64,000 nucleotides of DNA from Octopus sinensis (taxonomy: Eukaryota). The notes beneath the pieces are model-generated. The model was not told where the DNA came from. It saw nothing but the letters and a program-made list of their open reading frames with translations, and did no database searches. Numbering within the stretch: the stretch's first letter is position 1; every line of letters begins with the position of its first letter. Shown here in pieces: positions 47,798-61,767 of this stretch. A program made the translations under genes and the position numbers. The stretch lies in the NCBI RefSeq assembly GCF_006345805.1, contig NC_043001.1:120776001-120840000 (forward strand), in the 5' to 3' direction.

Positions 47798-48872
47798 TGG
47801 GTTGTCTGGAAAGTTCGTAGCTTACCTTTCAACTTATTTTAGAACATGGTTGAGCCCATAAAATAGGATTTAACTACACCTCCATTTAGAGCACAGTTTA
47901 AAGCTATCTTTTCATTGAAGAAGGTTTATGTTCCTATATCCTGTGTTAATTCTGTAACCCTTTAAAATGGAAAGTTCATTTTTGGCACTTGATGCTTTTC
48001 TTTTTTCGTAAAGGGAAAAATGCCTCACAAGCAACCAAAGAAATATGCACAGTTTACGGTGATGTTTCTTTATCCAAAAGAACTGTATGGAAGTGGTTTG
48101 CAAGGTTCCGAGCTGGAGATTGTAGCCTTATTGATAAAGAGCAATGAGGCAGACAATCCACTACAGATGATGACCAAATCAAGTTATTAATTGAGAATAA
48201 CCCACATTGCACAACCTGAGAATTGGCAGAAAACCTCAACCTGTCAAAATCCGTCATTCATGAGCACCTGGTAAAGCTTGGGTATACAAATCGCTACGAT
48301 GTTTGGGTACCACATGAGTTGAGTGAGAAGAACCTTTTGGATCGCATTTCCATCTGTGATTCGCTTTATAAAGAAAATGAAAATGCAACTTTTTTAAAGC
48401 AAATTGTGACAGGTGATGAGAAATGGATTATCTACCGAAATGTTCAGAGAAAGCGATCCTGGAGTAAGCGACATGAGCCACCCTTAGCCACCCCAAAAGC
48501 AGATCTTCACCCTAAAAAAGTCTTGCTTTGTGTCTGGTGGGATTGGAAAGGAATTCTATACTATGAGCTTCTCCCAAGTAACCAGACAATTCTGAGAAAT
48601 ACATCACACAACTGGATGAGTTAAAAGCAGCAATTCAAGAGAAACATCCAGAATTGGCCAACAGGAAGGGTATTGTTTTCCAACATGATAATGCAAGACT
48701 GCACATTTTTTTGGGAACCAGACAAAAATTGCTTCAGCTTGGCTGGGATGTGTTACCCCACCCTCCATATTCACCAGATATTGCTCCTTCATATTTCCAT
48801 TTATTCAGGTCTCTGCAGAATAGTCTTAATAGTAAAAATTTCAATTCCTTGGATGACATAAAAAGATACCTT
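47798..48872 (+). pseudogene. Mariner (DD34D) element, near full-length transposase pseudogene, 3'-truncated
   Basis: 5' TIR TGGGTTGTCTGGAAAG; WVPHEL, TGDEKW, LLCVWWD, QHDNARLH and HPPYSPDIAPSYFHLF (third D>Y). Contains frameshifts. Confidence 0.9.
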
Positions 48873-49475
48873 CATATTCACAAATGCAAATATGAACTGC
48901 AAAAGCAGAAATTTAATACTGCATCAAATGCCCAAATTGTGAAGAACTTTATGTTGGCCAGACAGGCAATGTACTATGAGAACGCTTACATGTGCACTGA
49001 CAACAAATTAAAAATACAGAAATCTGCCAAATATCACTGAGTAACCATCTAGTAACATGTGACCAGGAAATATATTTCCATTTCATAAACTCTACAATCT
49101 GAATGAAATCAAGAGAAAGCTGAGAGAATAGCACTTAATAAACAATGATATAAGATAATCTTATTTAAGTTTTAAATGTCTCATCCCCATATCTAAAAAT
49201 TAAAAATCTCTGAAAAGTACTGCTGTCATCATTTCTAAAAATAAACACTGAAAAATGGTATGGCATCATTTCTAAAAATAGCCAGGTAACTACTACTTCT
49301 ATCCACAGGAATGTATATAAAGGACAAAATTTAAACAGTTGATCACGTTTGAAACCAATGAACACAACTGTCACCACAACCATATGAACCTGAAGACTGC
49401 ATAAATGGAAGAAAGTATACTAGTTCAATAAGAATAGACAATCAATACTTCATTTCTTTTTACTATATTATTTCA

Positions 49476-49773
49476 TGGAGGCATAATGGCCCAGTGGTTA
49501 GGGCAGCAGACTTGCTGTCAGAGGATCGCAGTTTTGATTCCCAGAACAGGCGTTGTGTGTGTTTATTGAGTGAAAACACCTAAAGCTCCACGAGGCTCCA
49601 GCAGGGGGTGGTGGCGACCCCTGTTGTACTCTGTCGCCCCGACTTTCTCTCACTGTTTCTTCTTGTTTCTTGGGTAATGCCGTGATGAACTGGTGTCTCA
49701 TCCAGCTGGGGTGGGGGACACATACACCACAGAAACCAGGAAACCAGGCCCATGAGCCTGGCTAGGCTTGAAA
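49476..49773 (+). mobile_element. tRNA-derived SINE of a third family
   Basis: TGGCCCAGTGGTTAGGGC (A-box) .. GTTTTGATTCCC (B-box-like); 3' GATGAACTGGTGTCTCATCCAG..GAAACCAGGAAACCAGGCCC; followed by (TA)n. Confidence 0.6.
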
Positions 49774-49777
49774 ATTG

Positions 49778-49842
<65 letters not shown>

Positions 49843-50979
49843 TCTAAAGGATTAAAATTAATACACACTCACTCACCAATAGAAAGTTAGTTAAAGGACT
49901 GTCTATCAGTTTCAATGACTGACATTGCCATTCTTCAACTAACTGAACCATGTAGTGCATACGTACCTGAGTATTTCAGACCACTGTTCATTTAATGCAC
50001 CATTACTACCTACATTATCCTTCTGATTCTGATTATTCCCACATATACCCACAGGCATAATTCATGGGATAACGTGTGAGGCAAGGCTGGCTCTTTGAAT
50101 TGTATAAACAGCTCATCTGATGGGCATCCATGCAGTTTCTGTCTCCCCAATTTCACTGACAAAACTCAGATCAACCCAGTACTGTATTAGCAAGCAATTA
50201 CTAAAGATGCTACCACTTGAGATCTAAGCTTAAAGACCTCATAATTATGAAGCAACCTTCTTAATCATTTGCCTCTGTGTGTGAGTGGTGTCTGCCATAA
50301 TTTTAATATTCCTTTTTCTGTGTTTACATGAGTTTGACAGAAAAAATCCAATTAAAATAATATGAGTGAAATTCAATTTTGAAATATGCAAGGACATTGG
50401 AAAATCTGTATGTGTGTGTGTGTGTGTGTGTGTGAAGGGAAATGCCAAAAATCAATCCAGTCAAGTGGAGGCAGGAATAAAATATTTTGTTTTAAATGAT
50501 TAAAAAATAATATAGAGAATCAAATAATGAATAAACATATAACTTATATTCTGATCAATAAAAATTCATACTTAAAAGTCAAAAGGATAAAAACAAACAT
50601 TTATAAAATTATAAAGATCAAATGCAACCGTTGGAAGGAAATGATTCTGGCTTACAAAAAATACAAAATGAGTATCCAACAAATTTGAAGTTCTGTCAAG
50701 CAAATAAAATGATGAAAAGTGGCAACGTCAATGCTAGAGTTAATAGTTGAGTCAGTGACAAAGGCTTCAAAACCAGAAACTTCAAAGAATGCCTCCAACA
50801 ATTCAATAGTTCAGATTACAAATTAGGGAGATTTATCATGAAAACACAATGAAATATTTTTCACTTGTGTGCAATGGACATTTCATAGAATAGGAATAGG
50901 AGATTCCATATGCATACATACATAAATACATACATATATATAAATAAATGTAAATGTATGTTTGCATATATATATAATT

Positions 50980-51155
50980 CACTGTCACTAAAAAGTGTCC
51001 AAGGGTGCAGGGAGCACCAGCATTGCTAGAAATAAGTACATGTTCCATTTAACTGTTAAACAGAACATATACTTTCTGTGACTAAGGAGTCTCTGACTCT
51101 TATCTCTAGCAATGTCGATGCTCCCTGCACCCATAGTCACTTTTTAGTGATGGTG
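50980..51155. mobile_element. MITE with CAC termini and 3-bp TSD (CMC/CACTA-type)
   Basis: ATT|CACTGTCACTAAAAAGTG..GGGTGCAGGGAGC..CATTGCTAGA and its inverted counterpart ending GTGATGGTG|ATT; about 51-bp imperfect TIRs. Confidence 0.7.
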
Positions 51156-51223
51156 ATTTTTGTTCCGTTTTTGGTTTTAAATTGCATCAAGCTACCTTAA
51201 TTATTATATACATATATATATGT

Positions 51224-51563
51224 CCGTTGCCAGCCTCGCCTGGCCCCCGTGCCGGTGACACGTAAAAGCACCATCCGTTTCGTGGCCGTTTGCCAGCTTT
51301 GTCTGGCCCCCATGTTGGTCGCACGTAAAAGCACCATCCATTCATGGCCGTTTGCCAGCTCTGTCTGGAACCTGTGCGGGTGGCACATAAAAAGCACCCA
51401 CTACACTCACGGAGTGGTTGGCGTTAGGAAGGGCATCCAGCCGTAGAAACACTGCCAGATCTGACTGGGCCTGATGAAGCCTTCCAGCTTCACAGACCCC
51501 AGTTGAACCGTCCAACCCATGCTAGCATGGAGAACGGACGCTAAATGATGATGATGATGATGA
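51224..51563 (+). mobile_element. Solo RTE 3' UTR (three modules + (GAT)n tail)
   Basis: G(G/A)CAC(G/A)TAAAAGCACC x3, GGAAGGGCATCCAGCCGTAGAAAC, and CTAAATGATGATGATG. Confidence 0.88.
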
Positions 51564-51582
51564 TACACGCACACACACACCC

Positions 51583-51616
<34 letters not shown>

Positions 51617-52070
51617 ATAAAGACATAGACATGCATAGTTACAAATTCTCAAAGATTTACCCAAAAAATGAAACTGATGGTTTATCAAACTGTAGTCATT
51701 ATTAAATATTTACAAAACGTGGACACTTTCTACACACACATACACAATAAGCTTTGATTTAAGATCATTTTATATTCAACTGTCATCTGTAATACGGTCA
51801 GCAAGTCAGCACCTTTGTTAGTTTGGGCCCTGTATGTGGGTTCATTATTTTTCATTATTAAGTTCTATATATGTATATTTTATATGTGTACATGCATGGG
51901 TATGAGTGCAAGTATTTGATATATATGAAAGAGATGGAGAGGTTATGAGAGGTAATGGTGTCAATAAAATCCAAAGGTGTCAGGTAACGCTGAGTAAGTG
52001 CTAAGCTCCAGGTTCGGTGATTATGGGAATGAGGAGTCCAACGTAGGTCAGGCACCACCATGTGTATCTA

Positions 52071-52545
52071 AAAAATTTTTTAGAATGAGATAATAATCCA
52101 AGGCTGTGAAAGATTTTAGAACATTTGTAAATAGGTCTTACAGCTGTTTCCAGGATATTTTATATATCCCTTCATCAGGATATATAAGTCACTTTAAATA
52201 AAACCTTTGATTCAATAACACCGTGTATTTAGAATGACCAATTTTAAATACTATTGGAACTTACAAGGTATTGGAATCTCATATATATATATATATATAT
52301 ATATACCATTCTGCCTAAATAATGGATCTACAGATGCAATATCTCTGCATATCTCACGTCTATTTTCATTCCTCCATTCACTTTCTATTTCATATCTTAT
52401 CTAAATTAAATATTGCTTAACCATTTTCTCACACCGTCTCCAATGAAGGGATATAATAAATATCCTGGAAACAGCTGTAAGACCTATTTATAGATGTTCT
52501 AAAATCTTTCACAGCCTTGGATTTTTATCTTGTCCTAAAACTTTT
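52071..52545. mobile_element. Inverted pair of about 100-bp Penelope-type terminal units, each with a hammerhead-like motif, around (TA)n
   Basis: 52071-52174 matches the reverse complement of 52443-52545. Motifs: CTGATGA-A-GGGATA..TATCCT-G-GAA-ACAGCTGT-A-AGAC (minus, 52135-52178) and GTCT-CCAATGA..ACAGCTGT-A-AGAC (plus, 52436-52483). Confidence 0.65.
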
Positions 52546-52598
<53 letters not shown>

Positions 52599-52612
<14 letters not shown>

Positions 52613-53117
52613 ACACATATATAGATAGATGGATGGATGGAATGAAGAAGCCTGTTATGTGTGTATATTTGTATATATATATATATATATATATATATTG
52701 AAGTTTATCTTTTAGCTTTAATTTGTTTCACTCATTAGACTGCAGCCATGCCTGAGCACTGCCTTGAAGGGTTTAGTCAAATAAAGTCAACCCCAGAACT
52801 ATTTTTTAAAGCCTGGTACTTATTCTATCAGTCTCTTTTTGTTGAACTTCTATGTTATGAGGATGTAAACAAACCAACACAAGTTGTCAAGCAGTGGTGG
52901 GGGACAGAGACAAAAACAGATAGGTATATTCACACATGCACACACGCACACGCACGCACACACGCACACACACACACATTGTGGGCTCTCCTGTCGTTAA
53001 TGACAGATGAGTTCTACAATGCCTTTCCAAACTACCAAAACAGATGATTTATTTATAGTGATTAAATGTTTGTGCTGTGCATTAACTTGCTCCCTTCATC
53101 ACGTGTGTGCGTGTGTG

Positions 53118-53150
<33 letters not shown>

Positions 53151-53684
53151 ACACATATATAGATAGATGGATGGATGGAATGAAGAAGCCTGTTATGTGT
53201 GTATATTTGTATATATATATATATATATATATTGAAGTTTATCTTTTAGCTTTAATTTGTTTCACTCATTAGACTGCAGCCATGCCTGAGCACTGCCTTG
53301 AAGGGTTTAGTCAAATAAAGTCAACCCCAGAACTATTTTTTAAAGCCTGGTACTTATTCTATCAGTCTCTTTTTGTTGAACTTCTATGTTATGAGGATGT
53401 AAACAAACCAACACAAGTTGTCAAGCAGTGGTGGGGGACAGAGACAAAAACAGATAGGTATATTCACACATGCACACACGCACACGCACGCACACACGCA
53501 CACACACACACATTGTGGGCTCTCCTGTCGTTAATGACAGATGAGTTCTACAATGCCTTTCCAAACTACCAAAACAGATGATTTATTTATAGTGATTAAA
53601 TGTTTGTGCTGTGCATTAACTTGCTCCCTTCATCACGTGTGTGCGTGTGTGTGTGTGCGTGTGTGTGTGTGCGTGTGTGTGTGT
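52599..53684 (+). repeat. Tandem duplication, about 534-540-bp unit bounded by (GT)n
   Basis: Identical 99-aa ORFs at 52748 and 53282 (offset 534). The copies appear to differ only in microsatellite length. Confidence 0.92.
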
Positions 53685-54250
53685 GATATACACAAATGCA
53701 TGCATACAAACATGGATATAATGTACTTGAAATAAAACAGAAAATTGATGAAAGTGTACATATCAAAATACAAATATCTATTCACCCTGGACCTAACAAT
53801 ATTTCTGTAAAAACAGAAATGAAACAATTTAAATATCACACAGCCATTCACATCATCAGCAAGAAAATTGCCAAAGATTATTTGCAGAAAGTAGATCCAT
53901 TCATATACCTGTGTCTGACGTAAAGTGATACATGAGTAAACTAATGTGAAATGATGCAATTTTCAGAAAATGTCTCTGTGGGGGTAAGAATTCTTTAGGC
54001 AAAAGCACTGAAGTTTCAGTTGTAAAATTTAACTCACAGAATAGGATCTATATTGGTAAATATTCATCAAGTATATCTATTATGTATTTCAGTGCAACAA
54101 GGTCTACAGAGGATGCTTGTTTACATTAGATGGATGGAAAGAGAGAGAGAGAGAGATGTATATATGTTATATAAATGAGATGAACAGAAAACAAAACAAG
54201 ATGTGCATATCAAAATAAAATACTTATAATTGTAACTATCAACATACATA

Positions 54251-57000
54251 CATCATCATTATCATCATCGTTTAACATGCATTTTCCATGCTGGCATGGG
54301 TTGGACAGTTTGACTGGGGACTGGTAAGCTAGGAGCCCACATCAGGCTCTAAATTGATCTGGCAGTGTTTCTACAGCTGATATGCTCTTCCTAACGCCAA
54401 CCACTCCAAGAGTGTAGTGGGTGCTTTTTACGTGCCTCCGGCATGGGAGCCAGTCAGATGGCACTGGCATCAGCCACATTCGGATGGTGCTTTCATGTGC
54501 ATCCGGCACAGGAGCCAGTTGGGGTGAGGGGACTGGCATCAACCATGTTCGGATGGTACATTTTATGTGCCATTGGCACAGGGAGCCAGTCAGGCAGCAC
54601 TGGCAACAACCCACACATGAATGGTTCTTATTGCATGCCACTAGCATGGAAGCCAGTCAGGCGTCACTGGCATCAGCCACAACTACAATTTCTGTGTGAT
54701 TTGATTTGATTTTGATTTACTTGACTCAGTAGGTCTCCTCAAGTACGACATGTCACCCGATGCTCCAAAGGTACTTTTTTAAGTGGGCTGGTTATGCAAC
54801 AATGGTGTAGGCTATGGCTGTGATCTCACTTTACTTTCCAGGTCTTCTCAGTCACAGCATATCTCTAGAGGTTTCAGTCTATCGTCACTGCCTCTCTGAG
54901 GCCCAACGTTTGGAGATACCACCTCATCCCATGTCTTCCTGGGTCTCCCTCTTCCACGGGTTCCTTTCACTGTTAGGGAGTGATACTTCACACAGCTCTC
55001 TCCATCCATTTGTAGCACATGACCATACCAGCACTGCCGTCTCTCTTGCACACCAAATCTGATGCTTCTTATGTCCAACTCTTCTCTCAGAGCTCTTACA
55101 CTCTGTCATATGTGCACACTGACATTACACATCCAGCAGATCATACTAGCTTCATTTCTTTTGAGCCTACGCATGTCTTCAGCAGTCATGGCCCAAGTTT
55201 CACTGCTGAGAAGCATGGCAGTTCACACACATGCATCGTACATTCTACCTTTCCCTCTGAGTGAGAGGCCTTTTGTCACCAGTAGAGGTAGGAGCTTTCT
55301 GAACTTTACCCAGGCTATTTTTATTCTAGTGGCAACATTCTCTGAGCATCCACCACCACAACAGCTATCAACTACTTCTAGTTTCTTCCCTAGCATGTGA
55401 TGGAATCAGTTTTCTGAGCATCTGCAGTGTTTTTTGACCCTGTACATCTGCCGCACACGAAAGCTATCTTCCTGGTTAACCTTCCTTTGATGTTGCTGCA
55501 CCTTTTATGTGTCCATAGCTTACACTGGGTACATCTTTTGGAGTTTCTACAGATGGATGCTCTTCCTAACGCCAACCACTCCAGGAGTGTTGTGGTGAAT
55601 TTTACATGCCACCGGCATGGGAGCCAGTCAGGTGGCACTGGCATCGGCCACATTCACATGGAGCTTTTCACATGCATCTGGTACAGGAGCCATTCAGGAC
55701 GAGGGGGCTGGCATCAACAATGTTCAGATGGTGCTTTTTACATACCATCAGCACAGGGAGCCAGTCAGGCAGCACTGGCAATGACCCAGATCAATCAGGG
55801 TCATCTATCTGAAGGGGTTTGTGATGTGTTTGCCTTTCTCCTTACTGGGACCTTAGTTTTTGCAAGATTGACTCTAAGGCCTTTCGATTCTAAGTCTTGC
55901 TTCCACACCTGAATTTTCTTCTCTAGTTCTGGTAGTGATTCTGCTATGAGAGCAAGGTCATCAGCATAGAGAAGATCCCAGGGAGCAATCTGTTTTGTAT
56001 TCCTCTGTTATTGCCAGGAGGACTGCGATGAATAAGAGGGGGCTGACACCTACTTCTACCCGGAATTCTTCACTAATTGCCAAACCTAACCTTACTAATG
56101 GCATCCCTGCACAGGGCCTGTACAGCTCTTATTAAGCACTCATCAATCCCCAGTTTCTGCATCGCCCACCAGATAAGGGATCGGGGGACCCTGTCAAAGG
56201 CTTTCTCCAAGTTCACAAAAGCCAAGTGTAGGGGTTTATCTCTGGCTAGGTATTTCTCCTGCAGTTGCCATAGCAGGAATATAGCATCAGTGTGCTTCTA
56301 CCTGGCACAAAACCGAACTGCATCTCATCTAAGCAGATTCTCTCCCTAATTAGTTGGGCTATGACCCTGACCGTGACCTTCATCACCTGATCCAGCTGTT
56401 TGATATCCTTGTAGTTACTTCTAGCTAAAGCATCATCTTTACCTTTGTAACAGTTAACCATAGTGCTGCTATGCTAGTCATTAAGTATGACTCCTCCGTG
56501 AACTGCTTGGCTTACAATACGGGTGACTAGGCCATAACCCACACCACCAGATATTTTAAGCAACTCAGCAGTGATTCCTGATGGGCTGGGGACTTTTCCT
56601 GACTTCATATCTTTAATTGCTTTATCTACCAGGGTGCTGTCTATTTGGATAGCTGGTTCCTCTACTGGGTCAACACTTGGCAGGCTCTCCTCTTTCCATT
56701 CATTCTCCACATTCAGCAGCCTTTCATAATGGTTTCTCCAAGCCTCTTTCTTTGCAGAATCATTAAAAGCAAGTACACCATCATCCATGCAGACACATTT
56801 TTCTCCTGTAACATCACAATTCTCTCACACACAAAATACTTCAGTTCTTTGGTTCGCACATTTCAGGAACCAATTCCATGGCCCCTGTGTACACCACTGA
56901 AGACAGCAGATTGCCATCTGACATGCCCATTAAAATCTCTAGCCACAAATATGAGATCATTGCCACTCATCTTTGAGGTAGCCTGTAGAAAGGTATCATA
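54251..57000 (-). mobile_element. Older, degraded RTE LINE with internal deletions and a 3'-UTR segment embedded in the PHD region
   Basis: (CAT)n tail at 54251, five UTR modules, and ORF remnants (GRGRPRKTWDEVV, CKLWTHKRCSNIKGR, QFGFVPGRST, AWRNHYERLLNVENEW). Confidence 0.88.
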
Positions 57001-58719
57001 AAAGTGGTCCTTCTGATCGTTTGGTAGTCATGCTTATGGGGCATAGGCAGAGATAATTGTAGCTATACTATTCTGCAAGACTAGCCTGAGCTTAAGCACT
57101 CTATCACATACCCTGACAACCTTTTTGACCTTATCCACTCATTTCTCTGCAAGGAGTATGCCTACACCCCCTACTCCATCCCTATTACCATGCCAGATTT
57201 TATACCTATGTACCTTGCCTGTGAGGACCCTGACTGAAGCTCCTCTCCACCTTACCTCTTGTATGCAGCATATGTATATGTGTGTATATATATATTTCTA
57301 TATAATGTACTATATAATGTCAGTCATCATTATCAACATATGAACATCAGACAAAATGCCTAGTAGTATTTCTTCCAGCTCCTTACATTCTGAGTTCAAA
57401 TATCACAAGAGTCAACTTAGATTTTCATTCTTTCAAGGTCAATAAAATACATGTTGAATACTTAGGTTAATGTAATTGACTAGACTCTCCACCAAAGTTT
57501 CAGGTGTTTCACCTAAAGTAGAGAGGAATAGTATCATAATCATTGTTTTGATGCCTACTTTTCTATGCTTGCATGAGTGAAAAAAATTTGTTCATGCATT
57601 TTGCATTTGATGCAAAATGTATCAAGAAAATCAAATGCATTGATTTTCTAAAGCTAGATGCTCCTTCTATCACGAAAATTTACCCTAGTTCTTTGAGCAT
57701 TAACTGCACAAAGGCTGAACATTTCTCCACAAAAGATTGTAAATGACTGTCGTCACTCATTTACAACTATCATATGATGTCAAGACAAAGCAGCATGAGC
57801 AGAAAAACACACACACACACACACACGAATATGTGGTCAGTGCATGGCTATAGCAAAAATACTTACACAAAGCATTATGCTGTATAACTGAAATTAGTAT
57901 CAACTAATTTCACTCTCAAAGCATTAGTCAGTCTGCCACTATAACAGAAGACACTTGCACAAGGTGCTGGGTATTGGGATGGAACCTGGAACCATATGGT
58001 TACTAGGTGTATATGTTACCATACAACCATTCCTGTGCCTTATTTATAGACAGACAGACAGACAGACATATAATGATGAAGGTTATTAAGTTTTATAAGT
58101 TCATATGCTACAGGAATATTTGGGATATTGTCCATCAGCTGTGACAGATTTTTTCTTGATGATTTCTTTTTCTCTTTTTTATTTCTCTTTCAAGGCCAAC
58201 ATTCATCTTGACAGTCTTGAAATGTCAGATTCCTCCTCTTATCCACAGAATATAAACTTAACCAAACTCATAAATGTCACTGCATAATTTTTGTCGATGC
58301 AGATCACCAACAGTCATTGGTCAAAAGTCTGAATACAAAGTTGAAATTCAATATTTTTCTGAATATGTTTTGATATAAAGATAAGCACTAACTATTTGCT
58401 AGGTATTTATAATGAAGTTAATTAATATAATCTTTTATGGTATATGAATGATGAAATATTTAGTAATTTCATCTAATGTTTGGCATTTGAGATACTGTAA
58501 TGGACATTGATATATAGTAAATATATGGAATTATCAGCTGATAAAAGAGCACACATTATGCAGCGATTGATTCATCTTCAGGAATCATCTGAATGCATAT
58601 GTTGTTATTGTCCAGAAAGCTTTATTCTGATTTTGTTAGATGTGATTTTGCTAGGAGATAACAAAGAATTGAGATATCTGACCCTGGCTGTGTTCAAGAA
58701 GACCCATCTGTCACAGCAG

Positions 58720-58980
58720 AATTGATACCAGTGCTGGTGCTTCATAAAAAAGCATTTGTGATGATACCACATTAAAAGCACAGGTGTTGGTGCCACATAA
58801 AAAAGCACCCAATGCACTCTGTAAAGTGGTTGACATTATGAAGGGCATTCAACCATAGAAACCATACCAGAATAGACAATGGAACCTGAAGCAGCCCCTG
58901 GCCTTGGCCTTACCATCTCCAGTCAAACTGTCCAACCCATGCCAACATGGAAAATGGACATTAAATGATGATGATGATGT
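58720..58980 (+). mobile_element. Degraded solo RTE 3' UTR
   Basis: GGTGCCACATAAAAAGCACCC..GAAGGGCATTCAACC..CCAACCCATGCCAACATGG..TAAATGATGATGATG. Confidence 0.75.
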
Positions 58981-59964
58981 GGGTACATGTAAGTGTATTC
59001 TGCATGTATGTCTGTATGTATTACGTATGTATGTATGTAATGTATCTATATATGCATGCATGTATGTATGTGTTTTTGTTGATGATTATAGTTGAGTTGA
59101 AAAAGACCTTGTATCATGACTTCATACTGTTCATATGATTCGTCCTTATGTTTGTTGCACCCCCTTTTTTCCATTTTGTTTTGCCATAGAAATACAACCT
59201 GCCAGCAACAGTAAAATTTACTTTGTAACCTGGAAATGTCTCGTACATATTAAATTTCATCTTTGCTTTCAAATGTTTTAACAAAGCTGTGTGTGTCTGG
59301 GAAACCAGTTATCTTAGTTGGCAGGTGATCAGGTACAACTACCAATAATTCTGGGCCTAAAACACACTCCACTCATTATTATAATACACAATTTCTCATC
59401 ACCTACCAAACTCAAATACATATAATATATATAGATAGATCGATAGATAGATATAGATCGATAGATAGATAGGTAGATAGATAGATAGATAGATAAAAAT
59501 ATATATAGATAGATAGATTGATAGATATAAATATATATAGACAGATAGATAGATAGTTATAGATAGATAGATTGATAGATATAGATATATAAAACATTGC
59601 CAAATGTCTATAACCTGGCTAAAATTACATCCTAGAAATTTGTAATCTTACTCTTCATGGCCAAAAAATAGATGACATATTTGGCTTTAATTACTTGCTC
59701 ACTCTCCACAAATACTTTCTTAAAATATAATCAACATTGAAGTACTGCACCATAAAAAAATATTTGAAAAATGATAATAATAATTGGTCTTAACTTAAGC
59801 ATAAGCCCAGTAATTTGTGTGGGTGGGCAAGATATTAATTAATTACATTGACCTTTTCTCCACTCCCATGAACCCCCAGTAACTGATGGCTGCAGCTGCA
59901 ATGACAGCCAAATCATAATCATCATTATCAGTGCTTCACCATGCTGAAGAACATATATCTTTTA

Positions 59965-60162
59965 TCTTTTACTTGTTTGAGTTATTAGACTGTAGCCATG
60001 CTAGAGCACTGCATTGAAGAACTTTTAATCAAATGAATCAACCCAATAGCTGTTACTTATATTTTTAAGGCTGGTACTTTTTCTATCAGTCTCTTTTGAT
60101 GAGTCACTAAGTTGCAGGGATATAAACCCATCAAGCAGTGGTGATAGACACACGCATACATA

Positions 60163-60202
<40 letters not shown>

Positions 60203-60230
60203 TATATACACATATATATACACACACACA

Positions 60231-60261
<31 letters not shown>

Positions 60262-60455
60262 CACACATACATACATACATACATACATACATACATACAA
60301 TGGGCTTCTTTTAGTTTCCGTCTACCAAATCCACTCACAAGGCTTTGGTCAACCCATGGCTATAGAAGACACTTGCCCAAAGTACTACACTGTGGGACTG
60401 AACCCAGAGCCATGAGGTTGGAAAGCAAGCTTCTTACCACACAGCCATGCCTGCA
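59965..60455 (-). mobile_element. SINE family B copy
   Basis: Reverse complement of the 31358-31763 family with an expanded internal (TA)/(CA)/(CATA) tract. Confidence 0.8.
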
Positions 60456-60849
60456 CCTCTATACAATATAAACCTGGCATGGTCAACCTTTTTCAGGAAG
60501 CAGACTGAAAGAAATATACTTTATCATCGGGCAAAGCCACACAACTAAAAAATTTTCAAGGCAATTTTTTTTCGTTTAGGTATGGCATTCAGAGAGTGCT
60601 GTGAACCACAGGTTGTCCATGACTTATATAAACCCCACTTATCCTCAGGTAAATATTTACAAATTGTAAATACACAGACATTTGAAATTATTATCAATTT
60701 ATGTTACTTCGAGATGCAAACTCACTGCATGAATCTTCTTTATTTTGATCAGAGTTGGTTGTTGACCCCAACTGACTAAGCAAATGCATTAGAAAACATA
60801 TTGCAGGGTATTTAGAATAGCTTAAATTCTATGGTACGCATGGCACAAT

Positions 60850-61259
60850 ACTCTTTACTCTTTCTCTTTTACTTGTCTCAGTCATTTGACTGTGGCCATG
60901 CTGGAGCACTACTTTAGTCAAGCAAATCGACCCCAGGACTTATTCTTTGTAAGCCTAGTACTTATTCTATTGGTCTCTTTTGCCGAACCGCTAAGTTACG
61001 GGGACATAAACACACCAGTATCAGTTGTCAAGCGATGCTGGAGGGACAAACACAGACACACAAACACACACACAGACGCACACACACACACATATACGAC
61101 AGGCTTCTTTCAGTTTCCGTCTACCAAATCCGCTCACAAGGCTTTGGTTGGCCCAAGGCTATAGTAGAAGACACTTGCCCAAGGTGCCATGCAGTGGGAC
61201 TGAACCCAGAACCATGTGGTTCGTAAGCAAGCTACTTACCACACAGCCACTCCTATGCC
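60850..61259 (-). mobile_element. Full-length SINE family B copy
   Basis: CTCTTTTACTTGTCTCAGTCATTTGACTGTGGCCATGCTGG..CTTACCACACAGCCACTCC. Confidence 0.88.
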
Positions 61260-61767
61260 TATGATTTTATTTTTATTTTTGATCATTTAGGGGAAATAAA
61301 TGTGCTCATAGTTGCTATAAGCTCTCAAAGATGAGTGAGAACAGTACAGTTAGTATTCCTCTTGGTCAGTTCAAGGAAGGAATTCTAGAGGGTCAAATTA
61401 CAAGATGGAAGCACTAAGCAGTGATGTGTCTAAATACAAAGTTATCACCAGTTCAAATATGTTTGAGGCATAGTTGAACCTACCAGAAAGCCATTCACTG
61501 TGTTTTGTCATGAAGATAATTTCTCCCTGTAGACAAATGGTGTGAATACACCAAAATCAAGCCACAGCACCATCTACTTGAACTGAGATGCAAGCATTTT
61601 GGAGTGGTTATCTCCTCTTCAGTCACATAAACCAGCCAGGGTGTGCCACAAGCTAAGAGAGATTGTCTCTCTTATCAGCTAACAACTTTGTATCTAGAGG
61701 ATCAACATTCCGAAAAGGAAGAAATAGGCATAGTATTAGTGTGAATGTGGAGGGGAGATACACTTAA

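Noticed and set aside
52748-53581. Two identical 99-aa ORFs
   Set aside because: They are SINE and microsatellite sequence inside a tandem duplication, not a gene pair.
58195-58287. Strong polypyrimidine/AG acceptor followed by a short open frame
   Set aside because: No donor; the phase-1 frame needed to follow the 40241 exon stops after 4 codons; no recognisable peptide.
60474-60625. Possible small hAT MITE (GGCATGGTCAACC..GGTTGTCCATGAC)
   Set aside because: TIRs and 8-bp TSD are too degenerate to support a call.
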